From: Gemmatimonadota bacterium
GTDB lineage: Bacteria > Latescibacterota > UBA2968 > UBA8231
Length of the DNA: 13,778 nucleotides
Direction of reading: 5' to 3'
Assembly: GCA_038128265.1 (NCBI GenBank)
Contig: JAYPJE010000084.1
Location: 1 to 13,778, forward strand
Part shown: positions 7,437 to 13,778 of the stretch, piece after piece
Layout: each line of letters begins with the position of its first letter
Numbering within the stretch: position 1 is the first letter of the stretch
Position numbers and translations under genes: made by a program
The notes under the pieces: generated by a model
Database searches by the model: none
Told to the model about the DNA's origin: nothing
Seen by the model: the letters and a program-made list of their open reading frames with translations, nothing else

Positions 7437-8195
7437 TCATGCCGCGCAGTGGGCACAGGCGGCGAGAAAGTCGCCGTTGGCCGCCGAAAACCCCAGCTGT
7501 TGCTCCACTTCTCTAACCGCCATCTCCGTGGCCGTTTCCGCTGCTAGCGTATCGGGAAATTCCACGCCCATCGTCGCCTCGCGCAGCAGGACCATATTGT
7601 AGCCGCGACGCGCCATCGCGCGCATGCCGTAGTCGCGGTTGAGAATGCACCAATTGGTAGCAAAGCCGGCGTATACTAGGTGCAGCACGCCGCGCTCCCG
7701 CAGCAGCGCGTGCAGCTGATCGCCGGTGGCCACTACGAATTCCCCGTCCTGCACGTCGATGTGCGGCGACATGCCCAGCGCATCGATCGGTGGAATACCC
7801 GGCGGCTGTGCGCGCGGACCGCGAAAGGCGGCGTATGCTCCCTGCCGGCTGCGGAAGGCAGCGGGTGGCCAGTCGGGCTCGGATGCCGGTGGCGGCGGTG
7901 CGTGCCGCTCCAACTGCTCAAACTGTTCGGCTACCGGCGGACTCGGCGCGTGCACGACGGTCAACCCGACCTGGCGCGCTGCCGCCAGCACCGGCACGAC
8001 GGCCTCGCGCGTCACGCGCTCGGCGCGCTCCAGCCAGCTTTCGATAAAGTGGTTGTCCCACATATCCACCAGCACGAGCGCCGTCTGCTCTACGGGCAGT
8101 TCCATCTGCACGTGGCGGCGAATAAAATGCTCCTCTCGATAGGGCAATCCCGCCGGTGGGCTGTCCTGAAAGTACTGTACCTTGAGGTCGAGCAT
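7437..8195 (-). CDS. Isochorismatase-family (cysteine hydrolase fold) protein, 252 aa
   Basis: TALVLVDMW (Asp), VLAAAR..GLTVVH, LRERGV.HLVYAGFATNWC (Cys nucleophile) and RGY..VLLREAT. AGGAG SD before ATG 8195; the track start at TTG 8252 coincides with the -35 box. Confidence 0.87.
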   Translation of the reverse strand: MLDLKVQYFQDSPPAGLPYREEHFIRRHVQMELPVEQTALVLVDMWDNHFIESWLERAERVTREAVVPVLAAARQVGLTVVHAPSPPVAEQFEQLERHAPPPPASEPDWPPAAFRSRQGAYAAFRGPRAQPPGIPPIDALGMSPHIDVQDGEFVVATGDQLHALLRERGVLHLVYAGFATNWCILNRDYGMRAMARRGYNMVLLREATMGVEFPDTLAAETATEMAVREVEQQLGFSAANGDFLAACAHCAA

Positions 8196-8223
8196 GGCGC
8201 GCTCCTGGGCTGGTGTCGCGCAT

Positions 8224-8252
8224 AGTATAGCCAACCCCCTGTCGCCTCTCAA
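8224..8252 (-). promoter_or_regulatory. Sigma70-type promoter for the isochorismatase / TIM barrel / Gfo operon
   Basis: TTGAGA (8252-8247), 17 bp, TATACT (8229-8224). Near-consensus and placed just upstream of the SD and ATG 8195. Confidence 0.72.
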
Positions 8253-8257
8253 GCGAC

Positions 8258-8286
8258 TGGTCTGTGCCCGATAGATATCCTATGTT
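8258..8286 (+). promoter_or_regulatory. Weak candidate promoter for the Gfo-PhyH-Gfo operon
   Basis: TGGTCT (8258-8263), 17 bp, TATGTT (8281-8286), back-to-back with the minus-strand promoter. Confidence 0.3.
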
Positions 8287-8360
8287 TGCTGCCATCGAGA
8301 CCGGTGCACTACGGCCGCATCCGCTAACCTGGGTCCGCTACGCGCCCAAAGATATCCCGC

Positions 8361-9650
8361 ATGAGCAAACCGCTACGAGCCATTATTGTCGGGGCCGGCC
8401 ACCGCGCCCTCACCTACGCCCGCTACGCGCTATCGCACCCAGACGAACTGCAAATCGTCGGCGTAGCCGACCCAACGCCGCTGCGCCGTCAGCAGACGGC
8501 CGCCCAATTCGACCTGCAGCCCGAGCAGTGCTACGAATCGGCGGCCGCGCTAGCCGCCCTGCCGCAGCGTGCCGACTTTATCATCAACGGGACGATGGAT
8601 CACCAGCACGTGCCCACCGCCGTTCCCCTGCTGGAGCGCGGCTACCACATGCTGCTGGAAAAACCCTTTGCCACCAGCGAAGAAGAAATGGAGCAGCTGG
8701 TGGGCGTGGCGCGACAGCAGCAGTCCACCGTTTCCATCTGCCACGTGCTGCGCTACGCGCCCTTTTACGCGGCCATTCGGCAAAAGGTCATCGAGGGCGC
8801 CATCGGCGATATTCTCAGCGTGCAGGCCGTCGAACACGTATCCTACCATCACATGGCCGTCGGCTTTATCCGCGGCAAGTGGAGCCGCACCGACTACTGC
8901 CACTCGCCCATGCTAATGGCCAAATCCTGCCACGACCTCGATCTGATTACCTGGATGAAAAGCGGCGTAGCGCCGGTGCGCGTATCCAGCGCCGGCAGCA
9001 ACTTCCAGTTTCGCCCGGAACGCGCGCCCGAAGGCGCCGGCACGCGCTGCCTGGTCGACTGCCCCATTGAAGCCGAGTGCCTCTACTCGGCGCGCAAGCA
9101 CTATATCGACCACCCCAAGCGCTGGTCGTTTTACGTCTGGGATAGCTTGGAGCACATCGCAGACCCAACAATCGCGGACAAACTCGAGTCGCTGCGCACC
9201 AGCCCCTACGGCCAGTGCGTGTGGAAGACGGATATGGACGTGGTAGACCACCAGTCGGTGGTCATCGAATTTGCCGACGGCTGCACGGCGACGCTCAATA
9301 TGATCGGCGGCAGCGCCAAGCCCTCGCGCTCGATACATCTGGTCGGCACGCACGGCGAAATTCAGGGCACCCTAGAGGACAGCACCTTTGCCCTGCGGCA
9401 CATCGACCCGCGCCCCGGCTGCGAGTACGGCGAAGAGACGGTCGACGTCAACATTCGCGGCGATATGACGGGTGCACAGGGCGGCCACGGTGGCGGCGAT
9501 ATGCGCCTGGTCGCCGATTTTCTGGCCCTGCTCAACGGGGCCCCGCCCTCCATTTCGTCGACGTCGATCGAAGACTCCATCAGCGGCCATCGCATCGGCT
9601 TCTGCGCCGACCGGTCCATGCGCACTGGACAAACCATTTCGCTAGTATAA
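8361..9650 (+). CDS. Gfo/Idh/MocA family oxidoreductase, long Cys-containing subtype, 429 aa
   Basis: IVGAGHRA, LLEKP, CHVLRYAPFY, AKSCHDLD, the Cys-rich segment RCLVDCPIEAECLYSA...PYGQCVW, DVVDHQ and GHGGGD. Confidence 0.92.
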   Translation: MSKPLRAIIVGAGHRALTYARYALSHPDELQIVGVADPTPLRRQQTAAQFDLQPEQCYESAAALAALPQRADFIINGTMDHQHVPTAVPLLERGYHMLLEKPFATSEEEMEQLVGVARQQQSTVSICHVLRYAPFYAAIRQKVIEGAIGDILSVQAVEHVSYHHMAVGFIRGKWSRTDYCHSPMLMAKSCHDLDLITWMKSGVAPVRVSSAGSNFQFRPERAPEGAGTRCLVDCPIEAECLYSARKHYIDHPKRWSFYVWDSLEHIADPTIADKLESLRTSPYGQCVWKTDMDVVDHQSVVIEFADGCTATLNMIGGSAKPSRSIHLVGTHGEIQGTLEDSTFALRHIDPRPGCEYGEETVDVNIRGDMTGAQGGHGGGDMRLVADFLALLNGAPPSISSTSIEDSISGHRIGFCADRSMRTGQTISLV

Positions 9651-9664
9651 ACGGAGAGTTGAAT

Positions 9665-10573
9665 ATGGACGCAGCATCCTATCGCATCGCACCACCCGGC
9701 TTTTCCGAGGCGCAGTGGGAGACATTCAACCGCGACGGCATTCTCTTTGTAGAAGACGCCATCGACCCCGACGCCGTGCGAGAATACGTCGAAGCCATCG
9801 ATCGCGTCTGCGCCGACAGCTCCAAGTATGTCGAGGGCGAAACCTTTGGCTGCGAGAATATCGTCGAGCGCGATCCGGCCTTTGCCCGGATGATCGATCA
9901 CGAGCGCCACGTCGGCTACGCCTACGATCTATTTGGCGAGCTGCTCAAGCTGCATCAGAGCCAGTTTTTTATTCGCCCGCCCGGCGGCCAGCGCTATAAC
10001 ATCTGGCATCCGGACGGCGCCCGCGCCGTGCCCTACGGGGTATTTTCCGATAAGCTGCCTCTGCAAATAAAAATCGGCTACTGGCTAACGGATCTGCCCG
10101 AGGAAAAAATGGGCAACCTCGTCGTGCTGCCCGGCTCACACCGCCAGCAGTACAACGACGCCTACGACACCCACGAACACGTGCCCGGCGAACAGGTCGT
10201 GCGCGTGCGCGCCGGCACCATGACCATTATGCATTCGGGCATTTGGCACCGCGTCGAGCCCAACGATTCGGACGTCGTGCGCAAAAACATCTTCTTCGCC
10301 TACTGTCCGGCCTGGCTTACTTCGGCCGATCGCGTGCTGTCCGACGAGGCCTGGCTGGCAACGCTCAACCGCGAGCAGCGCATCATGATGCGATCCTATC
10401 CCCACGCCTACAGCAACGCCAAACCGTCGGCCAGCGAGTTTCCGCTCTTTTTGGACCGCGAGACGGGCGAAGATCGCGATCCGGACACGCACCGCCAACA
10501 CGTCGAATTGCACCGCCGCAAACGACGCACTTGGGCCGAGCGCATGCTTGAACAAGAGGAGGTATTAACATGA
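9665..10573 (+). CDS. PhyH family Fe(II)/2-oxoglutarate dioxygenase, 302 aa
   Basis: FNRDGILFVEDAI, WHPD, VLPGSH, WHR and VRK motifs. GGAG SD before ATG 9665; the track start at 9215 is over-extended into the upstream gene. Confidence 0.92.
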   Translation: MDAASYRIAPPGFSEAQWETFNRDGILFVEDAIDPDAVREYVEAIDRVCADSSKYVEGETFGCENIVERDPAFARMIDHERHVGYAYDLFGELLKLHQSQFFIRPPGGQRYNIWHPDGARAVPYGVFSDKLPLQIKIGYWLTDLPEEKMGNLVVLPGSHRQQYNDAYDTHEHVPGEQVVRVRAGTMTIMHSGIWHRVEPNDSDVVRKNIFFAYCPAWLTSADRVLSDEAWLATLNREQRIMMRSYPHAYSNAKPSASEFPLFLDRETGEDRDPDTHRQHVELHRRKRRTWAERMLEQEEVLT

Positions 10574-11616
10574 TCCGCTGGGGTATTATTGGACCGGGAA
10601 GTATCGCGCGCGTCTTCTGCAACGGCCTGCGCTTTTCGCAGACGGGCGAAGCGGTGGCCGTGGCCAGCCGCGACGAGGGGAAAGCTCAGCACTTTGCCGA
10701 CCTGTTTTCGATTGGCACGGTGCACGCCTCGTACGAAGCGCTGCTGGCCGATGATGGGGTAGACGCCGTCTACGTGGCGACCATCCATCCGGCTCACTTG
10801 GAATGGGTGGAAAAAGCCGCCGCGGCAGGCAAGCATATCTTGGTGGAAAAACCAATGGGCATGAATACCATGCAGGTCGAAGCCATGGTCGAGGCGGCGC
10901 GCAGCAACGACGTCTTTCTCATGGAAGCCTTTATGTATCGCTGCCATCCGCAGATGCAAAAGGTAGCCGAGCTCATTGCCGACGGGGCCATCGGCCCGGT
11001 GCGCGTCGTGCGCTCGGCCTTCGGCTACCGGGCCGGCTTCAGTCCGGACTCGCGCGCCTACAGCCGCGCGTTGGGCGGCGGCGGCATCATGGACGTGGGC
11101 TGCTATCCCGCTTCGGCGGCGCGTTTTGTCGCCGGGGCCGCCTCAGGACAGCCCTTTCTCGATCCAACGGAAGTCAAAGCGAGCGGCGTCATTGGCGAGA
11201 GCGGCGTCGACTACTACGCGGCCGCTACGCTGCGCTTTGAAAACGACGTCATCGGCGAAATCAGCACGGGCGTCGCCTGCAACCTGCCCGGAGAGATTGC
11301 CGTCTTTGGCGAAGAGGGCATTCTGCGCGTGCCGGAACCGTGGCTACCTTCATCGCCGTGCCGCACCGCACAGCAAGCGCTGCCGCCCGACACGACTTTT
11401 CCCTCCAGCGAGCTCATATTGGAGCGCGGAGGCACAGCCGAGCACATTGAAGTGGCCGTCGACCGCGACCTCTTCACCTACGAAGCCGACATCGTGGCCG
11501 CACACATCGACGCGCGCCAGTCGCCGACGATGCGCTGGGACGACAGCCTCGGCAATATGCGCCTGCTCGATCAGTGGCGCGCACAAATCGGGCTGCGCTA
11601 CCCGCAGGACGATTAG
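10570..11616 (+). CDS. Gfo/Idh/MocA family oxidoreductase (DxGxY subtype), 348 aa
   Basis: IRWGIIGPGSIA, VDAVYVATIHPAH, GKHILVEKP, FLMEAFMYRCHP and GGGIMDVGCY. ATGA overlap with the upstream gene and GGAGG SD. Confidence 0.93.
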   Translation: MIRWGIIGPGSIARVFCNGLRFSQTGEAVAVASRDEGKAQHFADLFSIGTVHASYEALLADDGVDAVYVATIHPAHLEWVEKAAAAGKHILVEKPMGMNTMQVEAMVEAARSNDVFLMEAFMYRCHPQMQKVAELIADGAIGPVRVVRSAFGYRAGFSPDSRAYSRALGGGGIMDVGCYPASAARFVAGAASGQPFLDPTEVKASGVIGESGVDYYAAATLRFENDVIGEISTGVACNLPGEIAVFGEEGILRVPEPWLPSSPCRTAQQALPPDTTFPSSELILERGGTAEHIEVAVDRDLFTYEADIVAAHIDARQSPTMRWDDSLGNMRLLDQWRAQIGLRYPQDD

Positions 11617-11930
11617 AGCAGGCGCAGGCGAAACAGGCGCCGGGCCAGCGCTGGCCAATCGCGCTCCGTCAGGGCGGCGCTGCCCGTGCCCATGTGCAGC
11701 GCCAGTACATCCACCTGCCCGCTGCCGACCCGATAGACGATGCGACACCAGCCGCCCTGCGTGCGCAGTGCATATAGCCCCCGCAGCGAAGAGACTAGGG
11801 CCAGTCCTTGTTCGGCCGGATCTTGGCGCAGCCCCTCTATGCGCCGCTCGAGGGTCGCGCGCAGCCCCTTGTTGAGCAGGCCGTTGAGCACGGCCTCGGC
11901 CGCAGGAGCCAGCGCAATCTGATAGTTCAC
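11613..11930 (-). CDS. Type II toxin, RelE/ParE superfamily (RelE-like), 105 aa, possibly degenerate
   Basis: MNYQIALAPAA...RIEGLRQDPAEQG..L...LRGLYALR....CRIVYRV...V.VL follows the RelE fold pattern. GTG at 11930 overlaps the antitoxin TGA (GTGA), so the track start at 11957 is unlikely. Confidence 0.82.
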   Translation of the reverse strand: MNYQIALAPAAEAVLNGLLNKGLRATLERRIEGLRQDPAEQGLALVSSLRGLYALRTQGGWCRIVYRVGSGQVDVLALHMGTGSAALTERDWPALARRLFRLRLL

Positions 11931-12199
11931 GGTCCGCCCTCCCCGCTCTCTTCCCACATCCGCCCCGCTCCCGCTTCGACCTCAGCCACGGCGCGGCGCA
12001 GCTGGGCCGTCTGCTCCTCGTCGCCCAAAATATCGAGCGTCTCGACCAGCGCCTCGTACTGCGCCCAGGACAAGACCGCCAGCACCGGTTTACCGCGGCG
12101 CGTTATGGCCACCGCACCGGCATCCGGGGTCTGCGCAAAGTGATCTGGCAGGCGATTGAGGGCGCGACGCGCCTCGGCTATTGAAAGCATCTTCTCCAT
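11927..12199 (-). CDS. Type II antitoxin, Phd/YefM family, 90 aa
   Basis: LSIAEARRAL...VAITRRGKPVLAVLS..QYEALVETLDILGD is the classic Phd/YefM signature. AAGGA SD; located upstream of a RelE-like gene. Confidence 0.93.
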   Translation of the reverse strand: MEKMLSIAEARRALNRLPDHFAQTPDAGAVAITRRGKPVLAVLSWAQYEALVETLDILGDEEQTAQLRRAVAEVEAGAGRMWEESGEGGP

Positions 12200-12212
12200 A
12201 TGAGCATCCTTT

Positions 12213-12241
12213 TGTACTTTATTTGTACTGAAATATGTACT
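12213..12241. promoter_or_regulatory. Proximal operator array: three TGTACT cores
   Basis: TGTACT at 12213, 12224 and 12236 (11- and 12-bp spacing) directly upstream of the antitoxin SD. Resembles the TGTACA cores at 12-bp spacing in the E. coli yefM-yoeB operator. Confidence 0.65.
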
Positions 12242-12357
12242 TTTAGGGCATTTTTAGAAAGCAAAAACAGGCCCTCGAGCAAAAGTCCCGAGTAAACGGT
12301 CGCAATATCTCGCGTACGGCTCACGCAGTAGCGCAAGAAATCACCGCTCTGCTCATA

Positions 12358-12388
12358 TATACATTTTTTAGTACTTTTAGTTGTACAA
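12358..12388. promoter_or_regulatory. Distal operator array: TATACA / AGTACT / TTGTACAA
   Basis: Cores at 12358, 12370 and 12382 (exact 12-bp period). Shares the 10-mer GTACTTTTAG (12371-12380) with the proximal array (12237-12246). Confidence 0.55.
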
Positions 12389-12457
12389 TAATACCCTTTC
12401 TCTGCGATTATCATAGTGCACCGCTTGGACAACCGGTGCCCACACCCCCCTCACCGC

Positions 12458-12486
12458 TCGACAAGTTAGATTTTTTTGGGTATACT
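12458..12486 (+). promoter_or_regulatory. Sigma70-type promoter for the hydrolase gene
   Basis: TCGACA (12458-12463), 17 bp, TATACT (12481-12486). The ATG follows 10 nt later. Confidence 0.7.
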
Positions 12487-12496
12487 TGGCTGCCTT

Positions 12497-13778
12497 ATGA
12501 CCATTCGACACGCCATTGCCCTCCTAGCCTGCGCGCTGCCCCAGTGGGCCTACGCCACCACACTCAGCCTGACGCCCTGCCCGGCGGGACAGATCAAAGC
12601 GTCGGGCGCCGAGTGCGGCACGTTTGAAGTGTACGAAGATCGCCAGGCCCAGCAGGGCCGCACCATTTCTCTCAATATCGCCGTACTGCCCGCCTTTAGC
12701 CGCAACCCGGCCCCCGATCCGCTCTTTGCCTTTGCCGGCGGGCCGGGCATGGGATCGACGGAGCTGGCCAATTTGGCTGAATCAGCCCTGCGCCGCGTGC
12801 GCGAGAAGCGCGATATCGTGCTGATTGACCAGCGCGGCACGGGGGAGTCGGGGCCCTTAGACTGCGCCATCGACGACGCCGACTCGACGCTCTACCAACA
12901 GGATCCCATTGGGTGGGCAATCGAACGCTTGAGCGCATGCCGCGATGGCTACGATGCCGACCTACGCCTCTACACCACGCCCATCGCCATGGACGATATC
13001 GACGATGTGCGCCAGGCGCTGGGCTACGAGCGCATCAACGTCTGGGGCGGCTCCTACGGCACGCGCGCAGCGCTCGTCTATATGCGCCGCCATCCCGAAC
13101 GCGTGCGCAGCGCCATTCTCGACGGGCTCGCCCCACCGGAAATTCGCCTGCCGCTGCACATGGGTGCCGACGCCCAACGCGCCCTCGACAAGCTCTGGTC
13201 CGACTGCGCGGCCGACGCCCAGTGCGCAGCCACCTATGGCGATATTGGCACTAAGTTTGATTCGCTGCTAGCGCGCTTTGCCGAACCGGTAGAAATCTCG
13301 TTCCAGCACCCGCGCACGGGCCAGACCATCCGCGCCCCGCTGCGCAGCTACGGCATCGCCTCGCTCGTGCGCGCCGCGCTTTACAGCGCCGAGCTCTCCG
13401 CGCTGATACCGCTCGTCGTTGATCGAGCCCACGCCGGCGACTACGCGCCGCTGGCGGCGCTGGGCGATCCGTGGGAAGACATCTCCAGCAAGATGAGCCA
13501 GGGCATGTTCTACTCCGTCGTCTGCAGCGAGGACGTGCCCTTTATCGGAGAGGCTGATAGGGAGGGTCTACCCGGCAGCTTTTTTGGGCCCGAAGCCACG
13601 GATATGATGCAGCAAATCTGCGCATCGTGGCCGCGCGGCGACCTGCCGGCCAACTACCACGCCCCCGTCGCCACCGAGCATCCGACGCTCGTCCTGTCCG
13701 GCGACCTCGACCCCGTTACGCCACCGCGCTGGGGCGCATCGGTGGCCGAGCACCTGCCCAACGCGCGCCACATCGTCG
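12497..13778 (+). CDS. Secreted alpha/beta hydrolase, TAP-like (tripeptidyl aminopeptidase / S33-type); runs off the right edge
   Basis: Read manually from ATG 12497: signal peptide MTIRHAIALLACALPQWAYA, ECGTFEVYED, GRTISLNIAVLPA, GGPG, DQRGTG, nucleophile elbow GGSYG (13046-13060), VVCSED and LVLSGDLDPVTP. Absent from the ORF track because there is no stop in the window. Confidence 0.92.
   Translation, partial: MTIRHAIALLACALPQWAYATTLSLTPCPAGQIKASGAECGTFEVYEDRQAQQGRTISLNIAVLPAFSRNPAPDPLFAFAGGPGMGSTELANLAESALRRVREKRDIVLIDQRGTGESGPLDCAIDDADSTLYQQDPIGWAIERLSACRDGYDADLRLYTTPIAMDDIDDVRQALGYERINVWGGSYGTRAALVYMRRHPERVRSAILDGLAPPEIRLPLHMGADAQRALDKLWSDCAADAQCAATYGDIGTKFDSLLARFAEPVEISFQHPRTGQTIRAPLRSYGIASLVRAALYSAELSALIPLVVDRAHAGDYAPLAALGDPWEDISSKMSQGMFYSVVCSEDVPFIGEADREGLPGSFFGPEATDMMQQICASWPRGDLPANYHAPVATEHPTLVLSGDLDPVTPPRWGASVAEHLPNARHIV

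Noticed and set aside
8241..8257. GTCGC-N7-GCGAC inverted repeat around the -35 box
   Set aside because: Arms are only 5 bp in GC-rich DNA, too weak to call an operator.
8264..9070. 268-aa alternative-frame ORF
   Set aside because: Arg/Pro/Ala-rich shadow of the Gfo gene, as expected in high-GC DNA.
9215..9664. 150-codon N-terminal extension of the second PhyH gene
   Set aside because: It overlaps the upstream Gfo gene in another frame and has Arg-rich shadow composition. There is a good SD and ATG at 9665.
10976..11875. 299-aa alternative-frame ORF crossing the Gfo and toxin genes
   Set aside because: Low-complexity Arg/Ala/Ser/Pro shadow frame with no motifs.
12213..12388. GTAC repeats as a CRISPR array, iterons or a type III TA RNA repeat
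   Set aside because: The repeats are only 6-10 bp with no repeat-spacer architecture, and there is no cas, rep or toxN-like gene. An operator explanation fits better.
12178..12432. 84-aa minus-strand ORF spanning the TA upstream spacer
   Set aside because: TTG start with no SD, AT-rich codons unlike neighbouring genes, no recognisable motif, and it runs through the operator arrays. A leader-peptide role cannot be fully excluded but is unsupported.
11613..12440. TA module as part of a mobile element
   Set aside because: No transposase, integrase, terminal inverted repeats or target-site duplication is visible, and the TA coding regions are as GC-rich as their neighbours.
12436..13771. Short ORFs listed in the track over the right end
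   Set aside because: All are shadows of the long open hydrolase frame that starts at 12497.

Overview
GC-rich bacterial DNA, densely coding. From left to right: (1) a minus-strand carbohydrate-type ABC importer operon (secreted TPR-like protein, large solute-binding protein, enlarged permease, and the start of a second permease running off the left edge). (2) A block of small-molecule catabolic genes in three short operons: two PhyH-family Fe(II)/2-oxoglutarate dioxygenases, three Gfo/Idh/MocA dehydrogenases, a xylose-isomerase-like TIM-barrel protein, an isochorismatase-fold protein and an ACT-domain protein. (3) A Phd/YefM-RelE type II toxin-antitoxin pair. (4) A secreted TAP-like alpha/beta hydrolase running off the right edge, absent from the ORF track. 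The most unusual part is the ~300-bp AT-rich spacer upstream of the antitoxin. It carries two triads of YefM-type GTAC operator cores at 11-12 bp spacing. Between them lies a stretch that folds best on the antitoxin strand, with one segment able to pair either internally or over the antitoxin start codon. The cognate toxin looks catalytically eroded. Several enzymes have non-canonical active-site motifs. All family calls come from motif recognition by eye; no database search was run.
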